DNA of 64,000 nucleotides from a virus (IMGVR_UViG_3300009784_000001:246418-310417); one strand, 5' to 3'; positions 23,113-34,249 are shown, counted from the first letter of the stretch. Program-made: numbers and translations. The notes: generated by a model not told the origin, from the sequence alone.

Positions 23113-25113
23113 ATGGAATTAATTAAAAGAAATATAAAAATAACAGATTATCAATGTTTGAATACAGTCCAAAATGTAAAAGTATTCAATGGATTTTTGA
23201 ATTCTGATGGTTTATTAACTTCAGCATCATGGTCAAATAATATTCCAGAATATAATAATATACCTTTATATATTTTATCAAATGGTCAATGGATTATTAA
23301 TCCAAATTGTGATATTACACAAGAATTAACTTTTAATCCATTTGGTAGAGTTATGGCTGATTTTATATTACCAAAAGGAAATGGAAGTAATGGTATAACA
23401 CAATATAATCCATATTATTCAAATAATGATATTATTCTTCCTTATAGCCAGATTAGAAGAATGTACAATGATATTGTAAGATATCAAGATTTTATTACTC
23501 TTTTATGTCAAGAATGTAAGTTGGACATTGCAAATTTTATTACAGATTACATAGATTTGATAGATCAATATTATTATAGTGATGGCGATTTTTTATTAAA
23601 ATATTCTGCAAATCTTTTATTTACCAATTTACCAAAATACATACCATTAAGCACTGGGCAATCATCATTTTTGAACTATATACTTGCTGCATGTGGTACT
23701 AATACAAGTTATCCATTTGATTTTACTAATGATTATAGTTTACTTATTATATTTGGAAATACAACTAGTGTAAATAATTTTATTCATGAATATGTTTTAT
23801 TATCAAATAAAATTATGGTACTTATTGATTTGATAACAAATTATATATTAAATAATAATACTTCATTACCCAATGATTTAAGGGATACAAATTCAGAAGT
23901 AAGGAATATTGTTACAGGTTTTATATATGATAGTGCAATTAATTATTATAATTTATACAGTAATTGTAATTTTATAACTATTCCATTTTATACAAATTAT
24001 AATTATGTAATGGATAAAAATCCTACCATTTCAATTCCTATTTTAATTACTTCTGATTTTGAAGATTTAGGTATTTCATTTAATCCAGTGGAAGATTGGG
24101 TTCTAGGAAAGAGATATTATGTAGGGGATGTTGTTTTATTTAATGATTTTACTTATATTTTAAAAGATACAAATCCTTCTTCTTTACCTTTTGACAGTTT
24201 AAATAATCAATATTATTTCACAGGTGCATTAAATCCTTTAGAAAATATAATTTACTTTGATAATTTTAATAAAGATAGCAATGGTTTTACTACTTCATTA
24301 ATAATGAATGGAAATAATTATACACACTGGATTAGAAATGTTAAAAATAATTATTCTTCAAATGATGAAGAACTAGTTCAAGCAAGAATAGATAGTCAAA
24401 TAGCTACATTAAGATCATATAGAAAATCTTCATTCACTAACTTTTGGGATCCATTTGGCAATTTTAAAACTAATGTTTATTTTAATCAAGAAACATTTAC
24501 TGATAATAATGGTGTTAGTAGAATTTATCAAAGTTATATATCTGATGTGTATAAAAAAGATACTCTCACATTTTGGCACAATGGTATAGATGTAACTTCA
24601 TCAACAACTACTCTACAAAGTTTACAAGCATTAACAGATCTTTTTGGTTTTAATATTAATGAAATTGGGCATGATTTTGTTTTATATCAATATACAATTG
24701 ATGAAGCTATGGTAAATAATAAAGTAGTTAATAATGGTATACAATTTTCAGAAGTTTATCATAGATATAAAATTGATAATAATGGGAATTATGTTTATGA
24801 TTTTCAAGAACAACCATTTATTTCATATCAAATAAGTAATTCTAATACAATAAATAATTTTACTAGTCCTAATTTAGATAACAATAATATTTATTTGAAA
24901 GGTGAGCCAGAAATATTAAATTATGCACCTCAATCTAAATTAGAATATGAAAATAATATAGTTTTTTCTCCTTATGTTGAAAGTGATGTTTTTGTAGATA
25001 GGGGAATAAATTATGCATGGGACAAACATTTAAAGTTAAGTGAAATAAAAAGTCTTGCACAATTATACAGTTATAATAATGGGGGATTTTTTACAATAAA
25101 TAATAATAATTAA
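23113..25113 (+). CDS. Putative virion structural protein
   Basis: 666-aa ORF; WVLGKRYYVGDVV resembles a small carbohydrate-binding-type motif. Confidence 0.6.
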   Translation: MELIKRNIKITDYQCLNTVQNVKVFNGFLNSDGLLTSASWSNNIPEYNNIPLYILSNGQWIINPNCDITQELTFNPFGRVMADFILPKGNGSNGITQYNPYYSNNDIILPYSQIRRMYNDIVRYQDFITLLCQECKLDIANFITDYIDLIDQYYYSDGDFLLKYSANLLFTNLPKYIPLSTGQSSFLNYILAACGTNTSYPFDFTNDYSLLIIFGNTTSVNNFIHEYVLLSNKIMVLIDLITNYILNNNTSLPNDLRDTNSEVRNIVTGFIYDSAINYYNLYSNCNFITIPFYTNYNYVMDKNPTISIPILITSDFEDLGISFNPVEDWVLGKRYYVGDVVLFNDFTYILKDTNPSSLPFDSLNNQYYFTGALNPLENIIYFDNFNKDSNGFTTSLIMNGNNYTHWIRNVKNNYSSNDEELVQARIDSQIATLRSYRKSSFTNFWDPFGNFKTNVYFNQETFTDNNGVSRIYQSYISDVYKKDTLTFWHNGIDVTSSTTTLQSLQALTDLFGFNINEIGHDFVLYQYTIDEAMVNNKVVNNGIQFSEVYHRYKIDNNGNYVYDFQEQPFISYQISNSNTINNFTSPNLDNNNIYLKGEPEILNYAPQSKLEYENNIVFSPYVESDVFVDRGINYAWDKHLKLSEIKSLAQLYSYNNGGFFTINNNN

Positions 25114-25123
25114 TTAAAATAAT

Positions 25124-26041
25124 ATGGCAGTAGGTTTAGTTGGGACAAAAACGATAGCAGTAGTAGATCCAGCAATTGATGTGGATGTTTATTATAGCTA
25201 TAGACCAACAAGAAATTCAATAGATAATACTTTTGGGAATGGTTTTATGAAGCATCCAAATCCAGTTGAAATGTTACAGACTGTTAATGTACAGGGTACA
25301 GCTACTTCATCAGTAAGTTCTACTCTTAATGGTGTGTATAATTTAAATTTACCTTTAACTATTTTTTCAAATAAGGGAATTTATACTATATTAATTGCAC
25401 CTAAAGAAATATATGGAACTATAACTGATTCTCCTTCTGTCTTAACTGCATATCCTTCTGTAAGAGGAGTTGTTATTAAAGCAAGTGATTTTACAGGTCT
25501 TGTAGTGCAAAATCAGGGTTTAGTTGGATGGAAAATTTCATATTTTGATGAGAATGGAAATAAATTGGATGATTTTAAAATTATAACAAGCAATGGTTTA
25601 GTAGAACCAGTAGCAACTAATTTATCTAATACAAGTCAAAAAAGTATTTCTTATAGATATAATGATAATTCAAATTTAATATTTTTGACAGTTAGCCCTT
25701 CTTCTGCACCTGTAGTAAGACCAAACGCTCTTCCATCTATTGGTGCAGTAGGGCAAACTATAAGTCTTTCAAATACAAAATTTAATCCTATATTAGTAGA
25801 AGTAGAAATGATAGATTCTGATAGTAGTACAATTACTGATTTATTATCAAGTGATCAGGCATTAAATTTGGATAATGGGATTTTAACAACATATAATATA
25901 AATCAAGATATTGTAAATCAAGTAGAGATATTACAGAAAAAGGATAGTTATACTGGTAGGGCAATATATGAAATTAGAAGAAATTTAAGAAATACTATTA
26001 ATAGAAATGAAAATTATCAAAATACATTCAGTGGGGTATAA
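25124..26041 (+). CDS. Putative virion structural protein
   Basis: 305-aa beta-rich ORF in the structural operon. Confidence 0.6.
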   Translation: MAVGLVGTKTIAVVDPAIDVDVYYSYRPTRNSIDNTFGNGFMKHPNPVEMLQTVNVQGTATSSVSSTLNGVYNLNLPLTIFSNKGIYTILIAPKEIYGTITDSPSVLTAYPSVRGVVIKASDFTGLVVQNQGLVGWKISYFDENGNKLDDFKIITSNGLVEPVATNLSNTSQKSISYRYNDNSNLIFLTVSPSSAPVVRPNALPSIGAVGQTISLSNTKFNPILVEVEMIDSDSSTITDLLSSDQALNLDNGILTTYNINQDIVNQVEILQKKDSYTGRAIYEIRRNLRNTINRNENYQNTFSGV

Positions 26042-26065
26042 TTATTATAAAATAAATTAAAAAAA

Positions 26066-29000
26066 ATGCTAGAAAACAATAATATTTTAATATCAAGATC
26101 TTTATTTTCTAATAGACAAAGGCATCAAACATTAGATGGAAATATAAGTACAATTTTTGAAACTGATTATTCTACTATTCAAACAAATTTGAGACAAAGT
26201 GTAGATACAGGTAATTTTAAAATTATATTTAATACTGATTCAAATGCTTCAAAAAAATATGGTACAGGTAATTGGATACAACCATCCTTAAATAGTGGAG
26301 ATTTAATACAAGATCCAGATAATATATTTTGGACTTATAATGAGTTAGTGTTTGATAATGTACAAGATAATACAGATACATCAAATACAACTAATGATGA
26401 AGCAAAATTGAAATTAGATTTTTCTTTATTAACTAGTTTTGCTTATTTTGGCTCATTAATAGAATTAATTAGAAGTTCGGTTGAAAATATAATTGAAACT
26501 TTTCCTGGAAGTTTGTGGATAAGAGTAAATACAGATAATACAATTTATGAATTAAGTAATCCTTTTAACTTAGATTTACAAACAGAAGAAATTGATGCTG
26601 ATCCATTAAATTTTAAAATACTATCAAAACAATTTCAGAATTATGAAGTTGTTAAAACTGTATATTTTAATGGTTATTTGGAACCTTGTGGGATAGTTAA
26701 TTATAAACAGAATCAATTGGTAGATTGTAGATATGATATTAGCAGTATTGTTCAAACTTACTGGTATGTATATGTAAAAAGAGCAGGCTGGGCTGGTACA
26801 AACGATGGTAGTTTTACAGGTAATTTTTATAAAATACCTGATGCACCTAATTCTACATTAGATGGAAGTAATGCTTATTATCCTTATATAAAATTATTAA
26901 ATGTCGTTACTTTTAATTGTTCTAAAAATAATGATAGCACAGAATGTGATGTAATTGATCCAAATACATTAACTATAACTTTAAGTTATATATATAATGA
27001 TGCTAATGGAGAGCCTTGTACACTTTTAAGAATTGAAAGCAGAGTTTCAGGTAAAACTTCAACAGGTGATTCTCTTAATACCTTACCACCAGCATATCAT
27101 ATAAAACCTAAACAATCTTTTATTGATTTATTTTTTCAAAATTTAAATGATTTTCAATCAGTTTTATTGAGTACCTATACAAATCCAAGATATACTTCTA
27201 ATTTTAAAGTACCTGATGAAGATGAAACAGGAGTTCATTATGTAGATAACATATTTACATGGACAACACCTGATGGATGGAATATAGATGTAACTTCATT
27301 AGATTATGTTAATTTTATGGACAGATTAATAAATGCTGCTGAATTTTTTGATAATTTTAAAACAGACAATTTATATAGGATGCTCACTCATGATTCTATA
27401 AAGAATATGGATTGGTCATTTGAAAGAATTATAGATGAAATAAAAACACAAGAATATATAATAGGTGGAAGTAGAATAAATAAGATATTAAGAATATATG
27501 GAAGGGCTTATGATGAGTTAAAAAAATTTATTCGTGGAATTGAGGTTATGAATAATCTTTCATATGATGAAAAAGACAATTATCCAGATGTTTATTTAAA
27601 AGTCAATCTAGAATATGAAGGATGGAGATCATTGTCATTAGTAAATTCAGGTAACATTGGTAATATAACAAATAATTTATATTATGGGCATATAGAAGGT
27701 TATTCTATAAATGAGCTTGAAACGGAATTTTATAGAAGATTACTATTAAATTCTCCTTATATTACAAGGTGGAAAGGAACAAAACATGGTCTTGAAATGT
27801 TGATGAATTTATTTGGTATTGATAGAAATGATTGGGATATTCAAGAATTTATCTATGTTGCAAATGCTTCAAATTTTTGTGCCCCAAATGGCTGCAATAA
27901 TTTAAATTTATTTAAGGATCAAGTAAATATTACAAATACTCAAATAAAAGAAGGATATATATATCGAGTATTGGCTAATGTTGGGATTTCTTATTATGTA
28001 ACATATAATGCTGTTAATTATTATAATGGAGATTCATTTATTGGTGTATATAATGTTCCAAATTATACATCTACTGGTGGGGCGACAGTTTATATGGATG
28101 AATTAGAAAATTTAGCTTATCTTAATAAACAAAGAAGTTATACAATGAATGGAGCTGTATATTATGAAGGTGAATTATCAAATGAAAGTGAAGCAGAATA
28201 TGATGATCCTGATGATTTACATGATTTATGTGTAGAAAGATTTTATTATGGAAATTTTATAACTTGTCCTGTTTGCGGAACTTATGATTCAGTAACAAAT
28301 ACAGGTGGAGGAGTTACATTTATAGATGGTCAAAAGGCTATGTGTCCAAGATGTAATGGAACTGGTGTTATAAGAAAATTTTATGGGGTTCCTGTTTTTA
28401 AAGGAAATTCTGAAATTTTGTATTATCAACAATTTGGTGAATGGTATCAACAAACTTTTAGAAGTTTGAAAATGGCTAATACATTGGATGAATTATATAG
28501 ATTAAATAGAAGTGATTTAACAATTGGGGATGTATATTTTGTTAATAACAGTAATGTTATAACTGACATAACTTATTATTGGACATTGGTTAATCTTAGC
28601 TCATTTAATGATATAGAAGGATGGTTTAATATGACAAAAACTGGATATGATTACAGTATTAATAACCAAGATTTTGTTGGAGTATCTAATACAGTTATCC
28701 TTACACAAACTGGAAGTGGAAATAATGCTACAGGAATAGCTACGATTTCAATTGATGGTAAAATACTGGATGTTACACTTACAAGTGGTGGTTCAGGATA
28801 TACAGCAGGAACGATTCATGTTGCTCAAGGAACAAATTCAACAGCAATAGGAAGTATTGTGGTTAATAATGGGGCTATACAAAGTGTTACAATTACAAAT
28901 GGTGGAACTACTATTTACAATCCTATATTTCAAATAAATTTTTATATATTGGAAAATACAAAAGATATTACAGATGGAAATAATCCTCATGGCGGAGATT

Positions 29001-29536
29001 ATGATATGGGTATTTCTTATTTGAAAAATATAGGTTATAATATCACTACAATAAATGATGGCATTTTACCAGTAATACCTAATAATGGGCTATTTAAATA
29101 TGTAATTGATAATTCTCCTGAATGTATTCAAGATAAACCACAATATCTTAATATGATTGGTAAAGGTTTTATGATAAAACAAGTTTTGGATACTAAAAAA
29201 TGCTGGGGAGTATATAATAATACAGATAATAAATTGTCTATTTCATCTACTTATAATTTGTTTGCATTAAAAAAATTACCTTTTGTTAATATGGAAACAG
29301 AAACTGATAGAAAAAATTGTAATATATATAGATGGCAAAAAGGTATAAATATAAGAACTGTAGATTATAGTAGTATTAATAATTTAGAATTTTACAGAAT
29401 TATAAATACAAAAAATATAAAATTTACTTATAGAGCAAGTACTGATTATAAATTAAATGAATTTAATAATACAATTTTACATTATATTGAAGAAATGATA
29501 CCTTCAACAACAATAATTGAATTATATACACCTTAA
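26066..29536 (+). CDS. Baseplate/tail protein (KGT..GL..L..LFG motif of tail-protein-I/gp7-like wedge proteins)
   Basis: FYRRLLLNSPYITRWKGTKHGLEMLMNLFG; CPVC..CPRCNGTG zinc finger; G-x-GYT insert. Confidence 0.65.
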   Translation: MLENNNILISRSLFSNRQRHQTLDGNISTIFETDYSTIQTNLRQSVDTGNFKIIFNTDSNASKKYGTGNWIQPSLNSGDLIQDPDNIFWTYNELVFDNVQDNTDTSNTTNDEAKLKLDFSLLTSFAYFGSLIELIRSSVENIIETFPGSLWIRVNTDNTIYELSNPFNLDLQTEEIDADPLNFKILSKQFQNYEVVKTVYFNGYLEPCGIVNYKQNQLVDCRYDISSIVQTYWYVYVKRAGWAGTNDGSFTGNFYKIPDAPNSTLDGSNAYYPYIKLLNVVTFNCSKNNDSTECDVIDPNTLTITLSYIYNDANGEPCTLLRIESRVSGKTSTGDSLNTLPPAYHIKPKQSFIDLFFQNLNDFQSVLLSTYTNPRYTSNFKVPDEDETGVHYVDNIFTWTTPDGWNIDVTSLDYVNFMDRLINAAEFFDNFKTDNLYRMLTHDSIKNMDWSFERIIDEIKTQEYIIGGSRINKILRIYGRAYDELKKFIRGIEVMNNLSYDEKDNYPDVYLKVNLEYEGWRSLSLVNSGNIGNITNNLYYGHIEGYSINELETEFYRRLLLNSPYITRWKGTKHGLEMLMNLFGIDRNDWDIQEFIYVANASNFCAPNGCNNLNLFKDQVNITNTQIKEGYIYRVLANVGISYYVTYNAVNYYNGDSFIGVYNVPNYTSTGGATVYMDELENLAYLNKQRSYTMNGAVYYEGELSNESEAEYDDPDDLHDLCVERFYYGNFITCPVCGTYDSVTNTGGGVTFIDGQKAMCPRCNGTGVIRKFYGVPVFKGNSEILYYQQFGEWYQQTFRSLKMANTLDELYRLNRSDLTIGDVYFVNNSNVITDITYYWTLVNLSSFNDIEGWFNMTKTGYDYSINNQDFVGVSNTVILTQTGSGNNATGIATISIDGKILDVTLTSGGSGYTAGTIHVAQGTNSTAIGSIVVNNGAIQSVTITNGGTTIYNPIFQINFYILENTKDITDGNNPHGGDYDMGISYLKNIGYNITTINDGILPVIPNNGLFKYVIDNSPECIQDKPQYLNMIGKGFMIKQVLDTKKCWGVYNNTDNKLSISSTYNLFALKKLPFVNMETETDRKNCNIYRWQKGINIRTVDYSSINNLEFYRIINTKNIKFTYRASTDYKLNEFNNTILHYIEEMIPSTTIIELYTP

Positions 29537-29832
29537 AAATCATTTTCTTGAATAACATAATATTTTATTTTTTTTAAGGTAAGGAAAGGCATATCATCAA
29601 TTCTGACCCATGCTTTTTGTGTTGGTATTGCAACATTATAGGGATTATTATTGTTTAATAATTGAATTTTATACCAGTGTCCTCCAATATATCTTCTCCA
29701 TATTTTAAAATTTGAAAAGAAAAAATCAATGGGATGTTTTTCACCATCTATTTTTAATTTATAATAAACTCCTATAAAAGAAATAAGTATATATATTGCA
29801 ATTAATAATAAAGTTAATGTAGTTCTGCTCAT
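29533..29832 (-). CDS. Small membrane-anchored protein
   Basis: N-terminal TM helix; has its own TAnnTTTG promoter. Confidence 0.65.
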   Translation of the reverse strand: MSRTTLTLLLIAIYILISFIGVYYKLKIDGEKHPIDFFFSNFKIWRRYIGGHWYKIQLLNNNNPYNVAIPTQKAWVRIDDMPFLTLKKIKYYVIQENDF

Positions 29833-29860
29833 ATAAAAAATAATTTAAAATATTTATTTA

Positions 29861-29892
29861 CAAAGGTACAAAATAATTTTTTAATTAACAAA
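29861..29892 (-). promoter_or_regulatory. Bacteroidota housekeeping-sigma promoter
   Basis: Minus strand TTTG-N20-TACCTTTG. Confidence 0.75.
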
Positions 29893-29893
29893 A

Positions 29894-30616
29894 ATGTCAT
29901 TAGCACAAAATGATATAATTCAATTAACATTGAATCAAGAAGGTGGTTATGGAATTGATAACAATGGCGCACAAGTATATAAAGGTATAAATCAGGCTTA
30001 TAATAAAGACTGGGATGGCTGGGCAATTATCAATAGATTAGTTTCTTCTCTTGGAGGTTCTGGAGCAGCTAGAAAAGCAACCTCCCAAAAACCCTATAGT
30101 TTTGGAAATACAGATTTAGATTCTTCACTTATTTCAAGAGTTATAAAAAATTATTGGAATGGGCATAACTTTGAAAGTTATACAGATGGAAAAGTTACTG
30201 CACAACTTTTTGATCATTTATATAATGCAGGTCCTGGAGGGCTAAATTCATTATTAATGAATTCTTTTAATGCAACTCAATCAACAGCACCAGGTATTAT
30301 TAATGCTGATTCTCAAGCTGTTCAAAAAGTAATTGAAGCAAGAAAAGCGTTTTATTCTAAATGTACTTGGCACACAGATGATTTAAAGAAGAGAGAAAAT
30401 TATACAAAAGGAGCTTATAGAAGAGTAGACGATATTGCTTCATCAACTGGTTCCCAGCAGTTTAGTGGTCAAGTAGCAAATGTTAATAATCTTCAAAATA
30501 ATGGGGGAGCAGCTATGCAACAACAATTATTATCTTCTCCATTTGACCAGATGGATAATATTTATTTTAGAGAAAGAGGAAAAATTACTACAACATCTTC
30601 TTTACCTATTATTTAA
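29894..30616 (+). CDS. Glycoside hydrolase family 108 lysozyme (endolysin or virion lysin)
   Basis: QEGGY catalytic motif, YKGI, YW, LFDHLYNAG, G.YRRV. Confidence 0.8.
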   Translation: MSLAQNDIIQLTLNQEGGYGIDNNGAQVYKGINQAYNKDWDGWAIINRLVSSLGGSGAARKATSQKPYSFGNTDLDSSLISRVIKNYWNGHNFESYTDGKVTAQLFDHLYNAGPGGLNSLLMNSFNATQSTAPGIINADSQAVQKVIEARKAFYSKCTWHTDDLKKRENYTKGAYRRVDDIASSTGSQQFSGQVANVNNLQNNGGAAMQQQLLSSPFDQMDNIYFRERGKITTTSSLPII

Positions 30617-30617
30617 A

Positions 30618-31589
30618 TTATAAAGTTAATAATTTAAATTCAGGTATTTTGTATGAACTATGTAATAATTCTGCAATTCCTTTATTTCCTTGTTTTTTAA
30701 ATATACTTGAAGGATCTTCCTTTGAATTATAATTTACAATTTTAATTTTTCCTTTTAGTTTATTACAATTCAAATTTTTATATATTTTTAACCAATCATT
30801 AAATGCTTCACCATCTCCAAGTAAAGTGATACTATTAGCTTTTTCCATTAATTGATGAAATAGATAAAAAGTTTTGTCAAGCTCTTTTCCAAGAATTGGA
30901 ATTGAATTAGGAACCACTATATGATCAAATGTACCTTCTAATAATCTTATATCTCCGTCCCAGTTAATTAAATATTCATTAAATATAATATCTTTTTTAT
31001 TTTTATCTGGATTTAGATATTTTGTTTGATAATTATTTTCTTTATATAACCTACCTACCCAGTAATTTAATTGATTAAATCTGTCATAACTAGGAATTAT
31101 TATTCTAAATCTCATCTTCCAATCATTACAATCAAATTGTGTACAGTAAATATTATATTTTTTTATTATTTCATCAGTTAGCCCTCGTTCTTCAAATAGA
31201 TATTCACAGGCTTTTTTATGTTTATAATTTTTAACATTTACTTTTTGACAACATGTAGGTAATTCAAATAGATTTTCTCCAACACTTAAATCTTCAAGAT
31301 TTTCATTTTTATCTAAAATATATAATCTACTTGTTCGGATATTATCAATTTCTTTTTTATATTCTTCAAATATTGTTTGATCTCCATATCTTTTTATAAG
31401 AGTAGATAATTTTCCACTATTATCTTGGCATGACCAACATTTAAATATGCCTTTTTTAAAATTACATTCAAGATTAAATTTACCATCATCACATTCTGGG
31501 CAATCAAACTGACATTGTGAATTTTCATTAATGCCTCTTTTGCTTTCACCTAAAAATGATTCAAATATGTATAATAGTTTATCCCACAT
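30618..31589 (-). CDS. DNA primase (zinc finger + TOPRIM)
   Basis: CPEC..CWSC, YL..RGL, RIIIP, GR, KYLNP, EGTFD. Confidence 0.9.
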   Translation of the reverse strand: MWDKLLYIFESFLGESKRGINENSQCQFDCPECDDGKFNLECNFKKGIFKCWSCQDNSGKLSTLIKRYGDQTIFEEYKKEIDNIRTSRLYILDKNENLEDLSVGENLFELPTCCQKVNVKNYKHKKACEYLFEERGLTDEIIKKYNIYCTQFDCNDWKMRFRIIIPSYDRFNQLNYWVGRLYKENNYQTKYLNPDKNKKDIIFNEYLINWDGDIRLLEGTFDHIVVPNSIPILGKELDKTFYLFHQLMEKANSITLLGDGEAFNDWLKIYKNLNCNKLKGKIKIVNYNSKEDPSSIFKKQGNKGIAELLHSSYKIPEFKLLTL

Positions 31590-31596
31590 AATAGGG

Positions 31597-31604
31597 CAAA
31601 GATA
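31597..31604 (-). promoter_or_regulatory. TAnnTTTG (-7) element for primase
   Basis: TATCTTTG on the minus strand just upstream of the ATG. Confidence 0.6.
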
Positions 31605-31624
31605 CTATTATTTTCTTAATCTAC

Positions 31625-32467
31625 CTAATCTATTTCATTTTCCCATTTTACTATATGCTTCCAATTATCTTGTCCTCCAAAAGAAGTTACATATTCAATA
31701 TAATTTTCTTCTTCTGAACAACAAACAATTTGTAATTTTTCTGAATTATAGTATTTTTTATTCAAATATCCTAAAATACAACAAAGCGAATCACTTCCAT
31801 CAAAATTTGATTTTACTAATTCTCCTTTTTTATCAAATAACCAATCAATGTTAGGGAACTGTTCACTTATTTTATTCAATATTACTTGTTTTTTTTCTAT
31901 CTGAAATGGATAACTACCAAATAGAACCACTTTATCATTCTTGATTGCTTTTTTTATTTCTTTTGCATCTCTTTTTTCATTTTTTTTGTTATAAACATGT
32001 ACTGAAACAAGTTCAGGAAAAGCATAATATCTACTATCATAACTACTGATATATTCTGGTACTATATTAAGTTCATCATAAATAATACTTGATATAATAC
32101 CATTAAATTTCAATAAAGTAGCACAGGTATACATATTATTGCTACTAATTAATGGTTCTTCAATTATACATATATCAATATTTTTATTGTAGGTTGTTTT
32201 AACCAGTAATTTTAATTCTTTTAATTTTTCCTCAAACTGTTTTTTCTTTATAAATAAAGTTTCGGTTCCTTTCATCTTTGTTGGTGCTTTTAATACTAAT
32301 CCTGTGATTAGAATAACTTCACCTTTGTTTGATGGCGTTCCAACTTCATGTTTATATAAAGTGATGCCTAAAGTAGCTGTTGATATATCAAGACCAAGAA
32401 TTATTTTTTGCTCATTCATAATACTATTTTTTGTATACAAAATAAATGTATTATTTGTATATTTCAA
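31625..32467 (-). CDS. RuvC-like Holliday junction resolvase (likely start MNEQK at 32419)
   Basis: ILGLDIST..G, IIEEPL, FDGSDS acidic triad. Confidence 0.8.
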   Translation of the reverse strand: MKYTNNTFILYTKNSIMNEQKIILGLDISTATLGITLYKHEVGTPSNKGEVILITGLVLKAPTKMKGTETLFIKKKQFEEKLKELKLLVKTTYNKNIDICIIEEPLISSNNMYTCATLLKFNGIISSIIYDELNIVPEYISSYDSRYYAFPELVSVHVYNKKNEKRDAKEIKKAIKNDKVVLFGSYPFQIEKKQVILNKISEQFPNIDWLFDKKGELVKSNFDGSDSLCCILGYLNKKYYNSEKLQIVCCSEEENYIEYVTSFGGQDNWKHIVKWENEID

Positions 32468-32485
32468 GATTTAGCTATATATTTG
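32454..32485 (+). promoter_or_regulatory. Bacteroidota-type promoter
   Basis: TTTG-N20-TATATTTG. Confidence 0.65.
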
Positions 32486-32506
32486 TGATATAATATATTT
32501 TTAAAT

Positions 32507-32626
32507 ATGATAGAGGCATTAATTGGTATAGGTGGAGTGATTGTAATAGCACTTATTTCTTTGGGAATAACTCTTTGGATAAGAAAAAAAGAAAATGAAT
32601 ATAGAAATAAAAGAAAAATTATATAA
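32507..32626 (+). CDS. 39-aa single-TM protein, not in the ORF track (MIEALIGIGGVIVIALISLGITLWIRKKE...)
   Basis: Translated by hand; directly after a promoter; TM helix plus basic tail. Confidence 0.65.
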   Translation: MIEALIGIGGVIVIALISLGITLWIRKKENEYRNKRKII

Positions 32627-32939
32627 AAAAATTGAAGAATATTGCAAATTAAATTTAATTGAAGATATTCCTCAATTTATAAATAAGTTATTGGAGAAAG
32701 AATATACTATTGAAGTATATGGAGATAAGCCTGGTGGTTTAAAAAGTGATGTAATTGAGAAGTCAAAAGAAATAAAAAAAGAGGAAAAAGTTGAAATTGA
32801 AAAAGAAGAAGAAATTATAACATCTGATATTTCAAACATAGAAATAGATAATGTCCAAAAAATTGAACATTATGATAATGGGATAGAAATGGTAATTATG
32901 GAAAATATGCAAAAAAGAAAGAGAAGAATTTTGAAATAA
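32595..32939 (+). CDS. Hypothetical protein
   Basis: ORF track. Confidence 0.6.
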   Translation: MNIEIKEKLYKKIEEYCKLNLIEDIPQFINKLLEKEYTIEVYGDKPGGLKSDVIEKSKEIKKEEKVEIEKEEEIITSDISNIEIDNVQKIEHYDNGIEMVIMENMQKRKRRILK

Positions 32940-32959
32940 TTTTATAAAATAAAAAAAAA

Positions 32960-33235
32960 ATGATAGAAAAAATTGAAAAAAAAGATGATAAATTATATGT
33001 TTATCATAAAGATTTATCAGGATACTTTTATGTATTCAATATTAATGAATTTAATGGGGTAAGTAGTGATCGTGATAATAATGATGTATTAGATGAAAAT
33101 TTAATCCTTAAAAGAATAGGAGAAATTGATGTTTATAATCAGGAACTTTTTAATAAACAATTAATAGGTAATTCTTTGAAAAATTTTTATTTTGAAAGAT
33201 TAAATGAGTGTTTAAATCAATCAAATGAAGAATAA
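32960..33235 (+). CDS. Hypothetical protein
   Basis: ORF track. Confidence 0.6.
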   Translation: MIEKIEKKDDKLYVYHKDLSGYFYVFNINEFNGVSSDRDNNDVLDENLILKRIGEIDVYNQELFNKQLIGNSLKNFYFERLNECLNQSNEE

Positions 33236-33292
33236 TGGAATATAGAATAGTTTGGAAATAACAATATAATATTTTTTTTACTTTAAAGGATT

Positions 33293-33327
33293 AAAATCCT
33301 GATACTAATAGATATCAGGATTTTTTT
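33293..33327. terminator. Bidirectional intrinsic terminator
   Basis: AAAATCCTGATA / TATCAGGATTTT inverted repeat between convergent genes. Confidence 0.8.
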
Positions 33328-34249
33328 ATTTTAGAATTATATTATTCAACAACTTATTTTTATCAAAAAATATATTTTCAATTTTTATTGATTTAGAATA
33401 ATATAAAATTTTAATATTATGTTCTTTACATAATTTATATTTTATTTTATCTCTATTTTTAATTTGAAGTAAAGTCTCCTTCCCTTTAAAATGTTTAACT
33501 TCTTCAAAATGTTGTATTCCTTGACATTCAATAGCAATATTATAATCTGGAAGGTAGAAATCTAATTCTAATGGTTTTTTATATTTTAACCATTCAAATT
33601 TTTGTTCATAAATATAGTTTATATTATTAGAAATTAACATTTCTTCTATTTCCCTTTCTAATTTTGATATGTCGCAAAAAGAACATCCACATCCACTTAA
33701 ATGAGTATTTGGTGTTTGCCAAAATTCACCATGTTCTGGACAGATTATACATACTTTTATATTACTTTTAATATATTTTACTTTATTATACTTATACTTA
33801 TTTTTATGAATTTTTATAGCTTTTCCTATAAATTCTTCTGTATTTGACCGTTGAGTTTCACCCATATTTAGTTTTCCACATTTATAACATATTGCTTTAT
33901 TTAGATGATTATTTGGAATTTGCCAAAACTCACCATGTTCTGGGCAAATAATACATACTTTTGTATGCGCATCAATATAATTTACTTTGGAATAATCATA
34001 TTTATCTCCATGTGTCTCTTTTGCTTTTTCAATAAATTCTTCTGTTGTTAATTTTTTTGTTCCTCCACATTTTTGACATCCTCCCCCTCTCAAAATTACT
34101 TTTGGTGTTATATAAAACCCTCCATGTTCTGGGCATATAATACATACTTTTTCATTAGTTCCATTATATTCCGCTTTTGAATAATCATACTTATCTCCAT
34201 GAATTTTTTTTGCTTTTTCAATAAATTCTTCTGTTGTTAATTTCTTCAT
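33326..34249 (-). CDS. Free-standing endonuclease: CPEHGEF (DUF723-like) repeats plus PD-(D/E)XK domain
   Basis: Three HG.KYDYSK..ICPEHGEF repeats; LELDFYLPDYNIAIECQG.QHF. Confidence 0.85.
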   Translation of the reverse strand: MKKLTTEEFIEKAKKIHGDKYDYSKAEYNGTNEKVCIICPEHGGFYITPKVILRGGGCQKCGGTKKLTTEEFIEKAKETHGDKYDYSKVNYIDAHTKVCIICPEHGEFWQIPNNHLNKAICYKCGKLNMGETQRSNTEEFIGKAIKIHKNKYKYNKVKYIKSNIKVCIICPEHGEFWQTPNTHLSGCGCSFCDISKLEREIEEMLISNNINYIYEQKFEWLKYKKPLELDFYLPDYNIAIECQGIQHFEEVKHFKGKETLLQIKNRDKIKYKLCKEHNIKILYYSKSIKIENIFFDKNKLLNNIILK

